This document shows positions 1 to 10,164 of a DNA stretch of 64,000 nucleotides, one piece after another. The number at the start of each line of letters is the position of its first letter. Position 1 is the first letter of the stretch. Source of the stretch: a bacterium (GTDB lineage Bacteria; SZUA-182; DTGQ01); contig JAILZY010000010.1 in the NCBI GenBank assembly GCA_023512255.1, positions 2,246 through 66,245 of the forward strand. The letters are read 5' to 3'. The notes below the pieces were generated by a model. That model searched no databases and was not told the origin of the DNA. It worked only from the letters and a program-made list of their open reading frames with translations. Both the position numbers and the translations under genes were made by a program.

Positions 1-599
1 TTCGGGATGAACATGGATCAGGCCGATTAATTCTCTCTGTTGCCTCAAGGGGCGAAGAATTATATCTTCCCATAGCTTGTCCTCCAGCTCTGCCTTACGC
101 CAAGGGGTTGAGCGGATTGCCTCCTCAACGAGATCAACCCATGATGGGGAAACAATTTTCAGCAGGTGATGGTTCTTTACGGTTGGCGTAACCTGCTCCC
201 GAATGGCATCAAGGGTAGCTTTTGAAACTGCGGGAAACTCTATCTCAAGCTCCATCTCGGCTTCTTCACCTGCTATCTCGGCCTCAAGCTGCTCGTTATC
301 CTCCCAAAACAGCCCCTCTTCTGCCTGCCAAGGCTTGAATCCAGCAGGCCGCACCACCATATCGAGTAGGCAGTTTCTGAGCAGAGATATGAGGCGTGCG
401 ACCTGCTCTCTATTCCCCGAAATGAGCACTCCTTGATGATCCCTGCGGTCCCTGATCAGAATATCCTCCGGGGAATTTGTCCCCATAAGGGCGAATCGCT
501 GCTGAATCTGAGGGGATGGTCGGGTGATCTTATAACCATGATCAAGGAGAAGCCTGGTCAGGGCGGTAGTATAGATACCGCGAATTTTGACATATACTG
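1..599 (-). CDS. Hypothetical protein, 5'-complete but running off the window start; weak resemblance to RNase E/G-like FAU-1-type RNA-binding proteins
   Basis: Not in the ORF track because there is no stop in the window. ATG on the reverse strand at 599..597 with a GGGAGA RBS 4-9 nt upstream (rc of 603-608). 199 sense codons stay open to position 1. Translation begins MAASVYVKIRGIYTTALTRLLLDHGYKITRPSPQIQQRF. Same strand as, and downstream of, rtcA. Confidence 0.55.
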
Positions 600-905
600 A
601 TGCAGCCATTTTTCTCCCTAAAATCACGTGAGTCCGATATAACTATGGCAAAAAAGGCTAAGTAAATCAATTGGATAAATATTTCAGTACTCACTAAAGT
701 CGAAAATACTATCTAAATGTCGAACTCGCGTTAAAATCAGCTTACTACCGGACACATTTTATCTTCCGGTTTTGTATATGCACTGTAGGTGCAGGCATTT
801 CATGTCATTCCCCCGTAGGCGGGAATCCAGAGGGTTGCTGCAACCATATATGGATTACCACCTTCGAGGGAATGACGATAAAAGTGTCCGGTAGTGAAAA
901 AATCA

Positions 906-1961
906 CTAGCTATTAGGGTATGGCCAAAAGCCGATTCCCTCTATTCTGATCAGACGGCCATCTTGGGAGGTTTTGGCTCCAAGGATCTTGTTTACTAGCC
1001 ACAGATTGGTCTCTACATGCGGGGTCATGTGAGGAATAAGGTATTCTGTGGTTCCCCGAGCCAAGCTGGCAAAGAGAATCAACTGGTCAGCCAGATGGCG
1101 GTCAACCGAGGCCCCAGAGCGAAGGTCCTCAAGGAGCATGTGGGCTACCTGGGCAGCAATCCACTCAGATCTTCTGCCAGGTTTTCCCGCCATATCAGCC
1201 CCAAGAAGGCAGCCAGATCGGGTAGAGGCTACGGCAAAGAGCGCCGCTCCCTTCTGAGCAGCTTTGGTATCATTGATGATTTCAATGTGGGCTTCAAGGC
1301 CGCTTTCTTGCAGCAGCTTGCGGCAGGTGTCAGCCATACGCTGGCTAACTTTTTGCTCTTCGAGATGAGAGGAAAGAGATATTCCCCAGACCCGCTCGAT
1401 CTCACCCTGGGTAGGGAGAGAGAGGCCGCAGAGGGGATGGTCCAAAGGAGAGGTAACAAGCTCGATCTTTCCCTCGCCTTGCGGCACATAGCCTGGCTGG
1501 AGAATTCTCAACTCGGCCCTTACTCCCATTCGGGCCAAAAGGGGCAAGAGAACATGCTGAAGGTGATAGGCGCTGGGGGCAAAGTCCTGGAAAAGCCCGC
1601 CACAGATAGTAAAGCTGTGGAGCTGGCGGGAGAAGATAGCCAGGGGAAGAATACTGAAGGCTAACATGGTGGTTGATCCGGCTGTGCCGATGTTCCAGGA
1701 AAAATCCCGCCGCGAGATTTTAGATGAGCCCGGATAGTAGAAAATTTCTCCAGACCCAACCTGCGCCCCCTCAACCCGGCCTCCGCTCATCTCACAGCAG
1801 GCAAGGAGTGCGGTAAGGTGCTGGGGACGAAGCCCGGGTTTGTCCCGCTTAGCCCTGATGTTGACTAGATGAAGCTTTTCCCCAAGCAAAGAGGCAAGGC
1901 TGACTGCATAGCGCAGGATCGTTCCGCTCCCTGATTTTGTCGCCCCGTCAAGCTCAATCAT
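906..1961 (-). CDS. rtcA: RNA 3'-terminal phosphate cyclase
   Basis: MIELDGATKSGSGTILRYAVSLASLLGEKLHLVNIRAKRDKPGLRPQHLTALLACCEMSGG aligns closely with E. coli RtcA ([48 protein letters not shown]). The 421-aa track ORF is trimmed to the Met at residue 71, because the upstream 70 codons read through a MITE-like repeat. Confidence 0.8.
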   Translation of the reverse strand: MIELDGATKSGSGTILRYAVSLASLLGEKLHLVNIRAKRDKPGLRPQHLTALLACCEMSGGRVEGAQVGSGEIFYYPGSSKISRRDFSWNIGTAGSTTMLAFSILPLAIFSRQLHSFTICGGLFQDFAPSAYHLQHVLLPLLARMGVRAELRILQPGYVPQGEGKIELVTSPLDHPLCGLSLPTQGEIERVWGISLSSHLEEQKVSQRMADTCRKLLQESGLEAHIEIINDTKAAQKGAALFAVASTRSGCLLGADMAGKPGRRSEWIAAQVAHMLLEDLRSGASVDRHLADQLILFASLARGTTEYLIPHMTPHVETNLWLVNKILGAKTSQDGRLIRIEGIGFWPYPNS

Positions 1962-1986
1962 AGAAAATTGCCTCCCCGAAAATGGC

Positions 1987-2070
1987 CTAATTAAAGTTTT
2001 AGGAGGATGGATTGGAAGGAACCCTTTTTCAAAAGGGTTCCTTCCAAAATCACTACGATAAGTTCCTTCC
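1987..2070. repeat. MITE/REP-like composite palindromic element, copy 1 (partial: right half of P2 plus P3 plus an extra half-site)
   Basis: attaaagttttagg followed by ggaaggaaccctttttcaaaagggttccttcc (a 15-bp-stem palindrome) and an extra gttccttccaaa. The same modules recur at about 8.0, 10.9, 49.7 and 63.9 kb. Confidence 0.75.
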
Positions 2071-2265
2071 AAATCTTTCTTCCCAACTCTCCCTTCAAGA
2101 ATTACCTTGATGCTCAAGCCCTTATCGGTTTCATACAGTGTAACTATACGAATAATCATAAGCATTGTCAATGAATTATGAATTTTTCACGACATAAGGA
2201 TTAAACAGTAAACTTGGCTTAGACATAAAACAATTTCCTCGAAAGAGGGCAAAATTCAATTTGAT

Positions 2266-3063
2266 GTGAGAGTTTTAGATGAGAAAGAGAGTAAAGCGAT
2301 TATGCTGGTCATTGAGAATCTAAGTGTTCGTCTTTTTAACCGGATTATCCTACACGGTGTTAATTTGCACATCCCCGCGGGTGAGGTTCACGTTCTGTTT
2401 GGCCCAAATGGATCGGGCAAGACAACCCTGCTGATGACCATTATGGGATTTGCCGACTATGAAGTTATTTCAGGCCAGATTATTTTTAATGGTAAAGATA
2501 TTACTAATCTTCCTGTTTATGAGCGGGCTCAAGCAGGGCTTGGGCTTTCATTTCAGCGGCCTCCAACCATAAAGGGAGTAAAGACCCAGCAGATGCTCGA
2601 AATTTGCAATCGCCACAGCCAACAGGATTATCGACCATTGGTCGAAGAGCTAAATTTCCAGGATTTTTTGGGCCGTGATGTCAATCAGGGATTTTCAGGT
2701 GGGGAAATCAAAAGATCAGAGCTCCTACAGCTCCTAGTACAATCTCCCACCTTAGCCCTTTTGGATGAGCCAGAGTCAGGCGTAGACCTTGAGAATATCG
2801 CTCTCATCGGTAGGGGTATCAACAAGCTGCTCCGTCGACAGTGGCCTGCAGAGGAATCAGCCGAATGCCGGCGCAAGGTACGGGAAGAGCGCAAGATCGG
2901 CGGCCTGATCATTACCCATACTGGTTATATCCTTGACTATGTGGATGCAGATCGGGGGTATGTGATGATGAACGGAACAATCGCCTGCCAGGGGAATCCG
3001 CGGGAGATACTGCGCTGCATCAAGGAGGTAGGATATGAGGAGTGTGTGCGATGCATGATCTAG
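2266..3063 (+). CDS. sufC: Fe-S cluster assembly ATPase SufC (ABC ATPase)
   Basis: Walker A GPNGSGKTTLL and ABC signature FSGGEIKRSELLQLL. Overall similar to E. coli SufC (MLSIKDL...GPNGSGKSTLS). GTG start at 2266 with an AGAGGG RBS; the alternative ATG at 2302 (MLVIENLSV) matches the SufC N-terminus better. Confidence 0.75.
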   Translation: MRVLDEKESKAIMLVIENLSVRLFNRIILHGVNLHIPAGEVHVLFGPNGSGKTTLLMTIMGFADYEVISGQIIFNGKDITNLPVYERAQAGLGLSFQRPPTIKGVKTQQMLEICNRHSQQDYRPLVEELNFQDFLGRDVNQGFSGGEIKRSELLQLLVQSPTLALLDEPESGVDLENIALIGRGINKLLRRQWPAEESAECRRKVREERKIGGLIITHTGYILDYVDADRGYVMMNGTIACQGNPREILRCIKEVGYEECVRCMI

Positions 3064-4271
3064 AAATGAAGAAGAGGGCGCAGGCGGCCCTAGACAAACC
3101 AGCCCAATACGGCCCTGATGTTGATCTTAGCCGCTTTACCCTGATAGCTCCCCAAGAGTCGTATCAGGAGGATCTGAGCCAGCTTCCGGCTGAGCTGTCC
3201 AGGCAAGTACTATCGGCTGGTATTGAAACGGGAGAAAAGGGCCGCTCAGGAACCTATTTTCAGAAAAACCACTCAGTAATACACTGCCAGATTCACCAGG
3301 AGGGAGTCGAGATTTTAACCATCGACCAGGCCCTGGCCAAATACGACTGGCTAAAGGATTACTACTGGAAGATGATCCCGCCGGATCAGGACAAATACAC
3401 AGCCTGGGCGTATCTTAATCCGCATCATGGATACTTTATCCGCACCCGGCCAGGGGTCAAAACCCTGTTTCCCGTTCAAGCCTGCCTTTATATGGAGCAA
3501 GACAACCTGGTACAAAACATACATAATATCATCATTGCCGAAGAAGAATCTGAGCTTGACATAATAACTGGCTGTGCCGCCCGGCCGCGAATGAGGCAAG
3601 GGCTGCACGTAGGAGTGTCTGAATTCTATATCAAAAAGGGGGCTCGACTCACCTTCACCATGATTCACAACTGGGCCGAGGAGATGGATGTTCGCCCACG
3701 CTCGGCAGCTTCTGTGGGACCTTCGGGTATTTTCATCTCCAATTATGTTTCCATGAAGCCTATTCACTCGCTCCAGATGTATCCGACAACCTGGCTAGAG
3801 GGGAAAGATTCCCTGGCCCGCTACTATAACATCCTGGTGGCCAGCAGAGGCTCTGAGCTCGATGTTGGCTCACGGGTTATCCTTAAGGCTGAGGGCGGCC
3901 GGGCTGAGGTAGTGAGTCGGGCTATTTCAGCCGGAGGCAACATCCGGGCCAGGGGATGTCTAGTCGGAAAGGAAAAAGATATCAAGGCTCACCTTGAATG
4001 CCGTGGTCTGATTCTTGAGCGGGGAGGAATGATTCAGGCTATTCCAGAGCTTGAGGGCTATCTGCCAGGCATAGACCTCTCTCACGAAGCCGCGGTAGGA
4101 AAGATTGCCCAGGAAGAGATAAACTATCTGATGGCCAGGGGACTTCCTGAATCAGAAGCCATTGCCGCCATTGTGCGGGGATTTTTGACCGTCGATATTG
4201 CCGGGCTTCCGACCGAGTTGCAAGCGGAATTGAATCGGGTGGTGGAGGAGAGTGAAAAAACCCTCCTATAG
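3042..4271 (+). CDS. sufB: Fe-S cluster assembly scaffold, SufB/SufD family
   Basis: C-terminal SufBD beta-helix signature (HNWAEEMDV..., ...ISAGGNIRARGCLVG). Overlaps sufC by 22 nt, which suggests translational coupling. No sufS, sufE or sufU adjacent. Confidence 0.7.
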   Translation: MCAMHDLEMKKRAQAALDKPAQYGPDVDLSRFTLIAPQESYQEDLSQLPAELSRQVLSAGIETGEKGRSGTYFQKNHSVIHCQIHQEGVEILTIDQALAKYDWLKDYYWKMIPPDQDKYTAWAYLNPHHGYFIRTRPGVKTLFPVQACLYMEQDNLVQNIHNIIIAEEESELDIITGCAARPRMRQGLHVGVSEFYIKKGARLTFTMIHNWAEEMDVRPRSAASVGPSGIFISNYVSMKPIHSLQMYPTTWLEGKDSLARYYNILVASRGSELDVGSRVILKAEGGRAEVVSRAISAGGNIRARGCLVGKEKDIKAHLECRGLILERGGMIQAIPELEGYLPGIDLSHEAAVGKIAQEEINYLMARGLPESEAIAAIVRGFLTVDIAGLPTELQAELNRVVEESEKTLL

Positions 4272-4645
4272 AAGGACAAAAAAGAGTATATGGGACCATA
4301 GTGCTCAATGGATAGTGCCAGTCGATTTATTGAGATATTACACTATTTAACTGCCCTGATCGGGCAGTCAATTAAACTGAACCAGTGCCGACTCAGGGCT
4401 TCATAATTCTAGATGTTACCTGCATTCCAATACCCCACACCCCGGCTTACACCACTTTCGAAGAGGAAAAATTACTCGTGGCTTTTGATCAGGATATTTT
4501 GTAGGATAGAGAAAAAAATGGGGGTTGATTTGATCAAAGAGATTTGCTAAGGTAGGTATGTAAGTATTTTAAACTAAAAAATATATATACTTATACGTCT
4601 TTTAGGTATCTAAATTGAATAATTTTTGATTATTTTGCGTGAGGA

Positions 4646-7600
4646 ATGGAATTGATATCACTCCAAAAAACTGCTTACCTGGAAGATGATCCCCTGTGGT
4701 ATAAGGATGCAGTCATCTATGAGCTTCACGTAAGGGCCTTTTACGATAGCAATGGTGATGGTATCGGAGACTTCCCAGGGCTTACCCAAAAACTTGATCA
4801 TCTAGAAAATCTCGGCATAACAGCCATCTGGCTCCTCCCTTTTTATCCATCACCCCTGCGCGATGATGGATATGACATCGCTAACTATTTTGATGTCCAT
4901 CCTGACTACGGCACGCTGCGAGACTTTAAGGAGTTTCTCAAAGAGGCTCATCGTCGTGGAATCAGGGTTATTACGGAGCTGGTCTTAAACCATACCTCCG
5001 ATCAGCATGAGTGGTTTCAAAGGGCGAGAAGAGCAAAACCCGGCTCTAAGTGGAGAAATTTCTACGTCTGGGATTCACCGCAAAAGTATCAAGACGCCAG
5101 GATCATCTTCAAAGACTTCGAAACCTCCAATTGGGCTTGGGATCCGCTAGCCAAGACTTATTATTGGCACCGCTTTTATTCCCATCAGCCAGATCTTAAC
5201 TACGACCATCCCCCCGTCCAGAAGGCCATGCTGAGGGTAATCGACTACTGGCTTAATATGGGTGTAGATGGCTTGCGTCTTGATGCCGTCCCCTACCTCT
5301 TTGAGCGGGAGGGAACCAATTGCGAGAATCTGCCAGAAACTTTCGAATTTTTGAAAAAACTGAGGGCTCATATTGATAGCCGATTCAAGGGCAGGATGCT
5401 TCTAGCCGAGGCTAACCAGTGGCCGGAGGATGCGGTTAACTATTTCGGACAGGGTGATGAGTGCCATATGGCCTTTCATTTTCCCCTGATGCCCAGGATG
5501 TTTATGGCTATCAGGATGGAAAACCGATACCCGATCATAGAAATCCTCGATCAGACACCGCCGATCCCTGATGTGTGTCAGTGGGCACTTTTTTTACGAA
5601 ATCATGATGAGCTTACCCTTGAGATGGTAACCGATGAAGAGCGGGATTATATGTACAGGATTTACGCCAAAGACCGCACAGCCAGGATCAATCTTGGGAT
5701 TCGAAGGCGTCTGGCCCCGCTCCTTGAAAATGACCGCAGAAAGATAGAGCTGATGAATTTCCTTCTTCTTTCTCTGCCGGGGACTCCGGTGATCTACTAT
5801 GGTGATGAGATCGGTATGGGAGATAACTATTACCTCGGAGACAGGAATGGGGTCAGAACCCCCATGCAGTGGAGTGGAGACAGAAACGCCGGATTCTCGC
5901 GGGCTAATCCCCAGAAGCTCTATTTGCCCGTGATTATTGATCCTGAGTACCACTATGAAGCCGTTAACGTGGAGAATCAGGACAGAAGCCAATCCTCCCT
6001 GCTATGGTGGATGAGACATTTCATCGCTATGAGAAACAATTTCAAGGCCTTTGGTCGGGGGAGGATTGAATTTCTCTACCCTGAGAATATGAAGATTTTG
6101 GCTTTTATCCGCCAGTATCAGGATGAGAACATTCTGGTGGTCGTGAATCTGTCGCGGCATCCTCAACTGGTCGAGCTAGACCTTTCTAAGTACGCCGGTT
6201 ATGTACCGGTAGAGGCCTTCAGTAAGAATCCCTTTCTGGCCATTAGGGAGCATCATCCTTACGCCCTGACCCTCGGATCATACGGCTATTACCTGTTTCT
6301 GCTAGAGAGGCAGAAGGAGGGAGGAGAAGTGCGAGCCACGAGGGCTCTGCCCCAAATCCAAGTAAGCCGAAAGTGGGAGATGCTTTTTGAGGGGAAAGCA
6401 AAAGAGGTGCTCGAGGAGGAGATATTGCCTCTTTTCCTGAAAAACGCCCGCTGGTTTGGAGGTAAGATGAGGCGGATTCAGCAGGTCAAGATAGTGAAAG
6501 ATATTTCGGTTGGCAAGACCCCTCCGGCCACTCATCTCCTCTTCCTTGAGGTTCAGTACACAGAAGGGGTCCCTGACATGTATCTGCTGCCGCTCAGTTT
6601 TGCCCAAGAAGATCAGGGGCAAAAAATTATCGAGGAATCACCGCAGGGAGTAATAGCCAAGTTGGCGGTTGATGAGACCAGAGGAATAATCTACGATGGC
6701 CTCTATAGCCCTAAATTTCGCCATGATCTTTTGATGATGGTGGTCAAAAGGCTTAAAGTTAAGGATAAAGAAGGTGAGTTGGCTGCCTATCCAGGAAAGG
6801 CGCTTCGGGATTTCATCAGACGGGAGCAAATCCCTTCCGAATCCCAGGTGTTGCGGGCAGAGCAGAGTAACTCCTCCATTCTCTACGGGAATAAATTTTT
6901 CCTTAAGCTGTTTAGACGGCTTGAGGAGGGAATGAATTCAGAGCTTGAGATGCTTTGGTTTCTGACTGAAAAGTTATCTTTCCCCCATGTGCCGCCCTTT
7001 GCTGGAGTGATTGAGTATCGAAAACCAAAGGCAGAGCCGCTTATCTTGGCTATTGTTCAGGGGTTTGTGCCTAATGCAGGAGATGCCTGGAGTTATACCC
7101 TCGATGCGCTGGAGGGGTATTTTGGCATGGTACTTTCCAAGGTAGGCGAGATTCAAGAGCTTCCGAAAGCCCCAGCTTCGCCTCTTGAGGCGGCTTATCA
7201 GGAAATTCCACCGCTTTTTCAGGAGCTTATGTCAGCTTATCTTGACATGATTAGCATCTTGGGCAAAAGAACAGCAGAGCTCCACCTTGCTCTGGCCTCA
7301 GACCCAGAAAATCCTCATTTTGCCTTAGAGCCTTACTCGCTTCTTCACCAGCGGGCCGTTTATCAATCATTGCAAACCGGGGCCTTGCACACCCTTCAAC
7401 TTCTGGAAAAAAGCCTATCGGTGCTTCCTGCTGAGGAAAGAAAGCTGGCTGAGGAGATTCTCAGCTCAAAGAAACAGGTAATTAGTAAGTTTAAGGCTAT
7501 TCTCCAAAAGAAGATCTGCAGTGGAAAGATCAGGATTCACGGGGATTACCACTTAGGACAGGTGCTCTATACAGGGAAGGATTTTGTGATTATTGACTTT

Positions 7601-7987
7601 GAAGGCGAGCCAGCTAGATCTTTGAGCGAGAGGCGCATCAAACGATCCCCCTTGCGGGATGTGGCAGGTATGCTAAGATCACTTCATTATGCAGCCTACA
7701 CCGCTCTGCTGAAAAAAGCCCTGATCAGGGCCGAGGATCGGATACAGCTTGAGCCCTGGGCCGAGCTGTGGTACAAATATAGCGGAGGCACTTTTCTAAG
7801 ATCATATCTTGATACGGCCAAGGGGGCGCCTTTTATCCCCCAGGAAAGAAATGAGCTGCGGATCATGCTCGATGCCTTTCTCCTCGATAAGGCGATTTAT
7901 GAGATTGGATATGAATTAAATAATCGGCCTGATTGGGTAGCTATCCCCTTGAGAGGAGTAAAACGATTGCTTGAGGAAAAAGAGTAA
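4646..7987 (+). CDS. treS: Trehalose synthase / maltokinase fusion (TreS-Mak/Pep2)
   Basis: N-terminal GH13 trehalose synthase (AVIYELHVRAFYDSNGDGIGDFPGLTQKLDHLENLGITAIWLLPFYPSPLRDDGYD) followed by a C-terminal maltokinase-like kinase domain of about 450 aa. 1113 aa in total. Confidence 0.85.
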   Translation: MELISLQKTAYLEDDPLWYKDAVIYELHVRAFYDSNGDGIGDFPGLTQKLDHLENLGITAIWLLPFYPSPLRDDGYDIANYFDVHPDYGTLRDFKEFLKEAHRRGIRVITELVLNHTSDQHEWFQRARRAKPGSKWRNFYVWDSPQKYQDARIIFKDFETSNWAWDPLAKTYYWHRFYSHQPDLNYDHPPVQKAMLRVIDYWLNMGVDGLRLDAVPYLFEREGTNCENLPETFEFLKKLRAHIDSRFKGRMLLAEANQWPEDAVNYFGQGDECHMAFHFPLMPRMFMAIRMENRYPIIEILDQTPPIPDVCQWALFLRNHDELTLEMVTDEERDYMYRIYAKDRTARINLGIRRRLAPLLENDRRKIELMNFLLLSLPGTPVIYYGDEIGMGDNYYLGDRNGVRTPMQWSGDRNAGFSRANPQKLYLPVIIDPEYHYEAVNVENQDRSQSSLLWWMRHFIAMRNNFKAFGRGRIEFLYPENMKILAFIRQYQDENILVVVNLSRHPQLVELDLSKYAGYVPVEAFSKNPFLAIREHHPYALTLGSYGYYLFLLERQKEGGEVRATRALPQIQVSRKWEMLFEGKAKEVLEEEILPLFLKNARWFGGKMRRIQQVKIVKDISVGKTPPATHLLFLEVQYTEGVPDMYLLPLSFAQEDQGQKIIEESPQGVIAKLAVDETRGIIYDGLYSPKFRHDLLMMVVKRLKVKDKEGELAAYPGKALRDFIRREQIPSESQVLRAEQSNSSILYGNKFFLKLFRRLEEGMNSELEMLWFLTEKLSFPHVPPFAGVIEYRKPKAEPLILAIVQGFVPNAGDAWSYTLDALEGYFGMVLSKVGEIQELPKAPASPLEAAYQEIPPLFQELMSAYLDMISILGKRTAELHLALASDPENPHFALEPYSLLHQRAVYQSLQTGALHTLQLLEKSLSVLPAEERKLAEEILSSKKQVISKFKAILQKKICSGKIRIHGDYHLGQVLYTGKDFVIIDFEGEPARSLSERRIKRSPLRDVAGMLRSLHYAAYTALLKKALIRAEDRIQLEPWAELWYKYSGGTFLRSYLDTAKGAPFIPQERNELRIMLDAFLLDKAIYEIGYELNNRPDWVAIPLRGVKRLLEEKE

Positions 7988-7990
7988 AAA

Positions 7991-8139
7991 GGGGAAAACC
8001 CTTTTGAAAAAGGGTTTTCCCCTTGTAACCCCTTTCCTAAAACTTTAATAACTATAGTTATTAAAGTTTTAGGAGGATGGTTTGGAAGGAACCCTTTTTC
8101 AAAAGGGTTCCTTCCAAAGAATAAGGGTTCCTTCCAAAA
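7991..8139. repeat. MITE/REP-like composite palindromic element, copy 2 (complete: P1, P2, P3 and an extra half-site)
   Basis: P1 ggggaaaacccttttgaaaaagggttttcccc (7991-8022). P2 cctaaaactttaataactatagttattaaagttttagg (8036-8073). P3 ggaaggaaccctttttcaaaagggttccttcc (8084-8115). Extra gggttccttccaaaaa. Sits immediately after the treS stop. Confidence 0.8.
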
Positions 8140-8157
8140 ATATAGTGGAGATTAGAT

Positions 8158-10164
8158 GTGGAGAGAGTGAGTCTTTTAACTGAGAATGATATTTATTTAT
8201 TTAGGGAAGGGAGCCATTTTAGGCTTTATGAGAAGCTTGGCTCGCATTTGCTCACTGTTGATGGAACCAGTGGAGTTTACTTTGCAGTCTGGGCTCCGAA
8301 TGCTGAGCAGGTTACAGTGATGGGAAAATTCAACGACTGGAACCCTGACTCCCATCCCTTGGCCCTGCGAGCGGATGGCTCAGGGATTTGGGAGGTGTTT
8401 ATTCCGGGGATCGCTCACGGAACTCCTTATAAGTACCATATCAGATCAAGGTATGAAAACTACCGCGCTGATAAGGGAGACCCATTTGCTTTCTTTTGGG
8501 AGCCTGCCCCAGAGACAGCCTCGGTAGTCTGGGACTTAAAGTATGAGTGGGCAGACAGTGATTGGATGAAAAACCGCAGCCAGGCCAATGCTCTCAATGC
8601 GCCTATAGCTATCTACGAAGTGCATCTTGGATCGTGGAGGCGGCATCCAGAAGATGGAGGCCGACCACTCACCTATCGGGAGATAGCCGAGCCCCTGGCT
8701 GATTATGTCAAGAAGATGGGGTTTACTCACGTTGAGTTTCTGCCGATTATGGAGCATCCCTTCTATGGCTCCTGGGGATATCAGATCGTCGGCTTTTTTG
8801 CTCCTACCAGCAGATTCGGCACTCCTCAGGATTTTATGTATCTGATCGATTATCTCCACCAGCGCGGGATAGGGGTTATCCTTGACTGGGTGCCTTCGCA
8901 TTTTCCCGATAATATCCAGGGGTTGGTCTACTTTGATGGTACGCATCTTTATGAGCATGCTGATCCGCGAAAGGGATTCCATCCCGAATGGAAGAGCTAT
9001 ATCTTTAACTATGGTCGCCACGAGGTCAGGGCGTTTCTGATTAGCTTTGCGCTCTTTTGGTTTGACCGCTACCATATTGATGGCATCAGGGTAGATGCCG
9101 TAGCCTCCATGCTCTACCTTGACTATGCCCGGAAAGAGGGCGAGTGGATCCCGAATGAGTATGGCGGCAAGGAGAATATCGAAGCCATTAGCTTTATCAA
9201 ACGGCTGAATGAGGCTATCTACCGGGCCTACCCTGATGTTCAGACCATAGCTGAAGAGTCAACCGCCTGGCCGATGGTTTCTCGGCCGATTTATATCGGA
9301 GGGTTAGGGTTTGGCCTAAAATGGAACATGGGCTGGATGCATGATACTCTGTCTTATTTTTCCAAAGACCCTGTCTATCGAAAGTATCATCATAATCAGT
9401 TGACCTTCAGCATCTGGTATGCTTTCTGGGAAAACTTTGTTCTGCCCCTCTCTCATGATGAAGTGGTCTATGGGAAAGGCTCTCTACTTAGCAAAATGCC
9501 TGGGGATGATTGGCAGAAATTCGCTAATCTGCGCCTTTTGCTAGGTTATATGTATGCTCATCCGGGCAAAAAGCTCTTGTTTATGGGCGGAGAGTTCGCC
9601 CAGTGGCGAGAGTGGAACCATGATGAAAGCCTTGAGTGGCATCTTCTGGCATATTTTCCCCATCAAGGGGTGCAGAGGTGGGTCGAAGACCTAAATCACC
9701 GCTATGCTTCAGAGCCTGCACTCTATGAGCTTGACTTTAGCAGCCAAGGGTTTGAATGGGTAGATTTTCATGATGCTGAATCAAGTGTAATTAGCTTTAT
9801 CAGGCGGGGGAAAACAACCCTTGATCAGATCTTAGTAGTCTGCAATTTCACTCCAGTGCCTAGAGAAAATTACCTAGTGGGAGTGCCGCAAGGCGGCCTC
9901 TGGAAAGAGATCCTAAACAGCGATGCCACGATTTATGGCGGAAGCGGCTGGGGGAATTTCGGTCAAGTCGAGGCTACCCCATTTCCTGCTCATGGTCGGA
10001 ACTACTCTCTGTCGCTGGTGCTGCCCCCTCTTGGCATTATTTTCCTCAAGAAAGAGGCAGGAGAACCAGAGGTTAAGGCGGAAGGAGAGCTTGCAGAGCT
10101 AGGAGAGGTTGCTGTGCCGGAGCAAAAGGAGCAAGAAGCGCCGGAAAATGAAGGCTGTGAGTGA
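8158..10164 (+). CDS. glgB: 1,4-alpha-glucan branching enzyme (short form) with an acidic C-terminal tail
   Basis: GH13 branching-enzyme motifs ([57 protein letters not shown]). 668 aa, lacks the long N-terminal domain. Ends in [14 protein letters not shown]. Confidence 0.85.
   Translation: MERVSLLTENDIYLFREGSHFRLYEKLGSHLLTVDGTSGVYFAVWAPNAEQVTVMGKFNDWNPDSHPLALRADGSGIWEVFIPGIAHGTPYKYHIRSRYENYRADKGDPFAFFWEPAPETASVVWDLKYEWADSDWMKNRSQANALNAPIAIYEVHLGSWRRHPEDGGRPLTYREIAEPLADYVKKMGFTHVEFLPIMEHPFYGSWGYQIVGFFAPTSRFGTPQDFMYLIDYLHQRGIGVILDWVPSHFPDNIQGLVYFDGTHLYEHADPRKGFHPEWKSYIFNYGRHEVRAFLISFALFWFDRYHIDGIRVDAVASMLYLDYARKEGEWIPNEYGGKENIEAISFIKRLNEAIYRAYPDVQTIAEESTAWPMVSRPIYIGGLGFGLKWNMGWMHDTLSYFSKDPVYRKYHHNQLTFSIWYAFWENFVLPLSHDEVVYGKGSLLSKMPGDDWQKFANLRLLLGYMYAHPGKKLLFMGGEFAQWREWNHDESLEWHLLAYFPHQGVQRWVEDLNHRYASEPALYELDFSSQGFEWVDFHDAESSVISFIRRGKTTLDQILVVCNFTPVPRENYLVGVPQGGLWKEILNSDATIYGGSGWGNFGQVEATPFPAHGRNYSLSLVLPPLGIIFLKKEAGEPEVKAEGELAELGEVAVPEQKEQEAPENEGCE

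Noticed and set aside
203-436. 77-aa Ser-rich plus-strand ORF
   Set aside because: Low-complexity translation that lies antisense to a clean 199-codon minus-strand CDS with an RBS. Treated as a shadow ORF.
1017-1664. Plus-strand ORFs (215, 69 and 86 aa) inside rtcA
   Set aside because: They lie antisense or shadow to a strongly supported rtcA homologue. No RBS and no homology.
1962-2171. N-terminal 70-codon extension of the rtcA ORF
   Set aside because: It reads through the MITE palindromes (translation ...FGRNPFEKGFLPIHPP...). RtcA homology begins at the internal Met (MIELDG).
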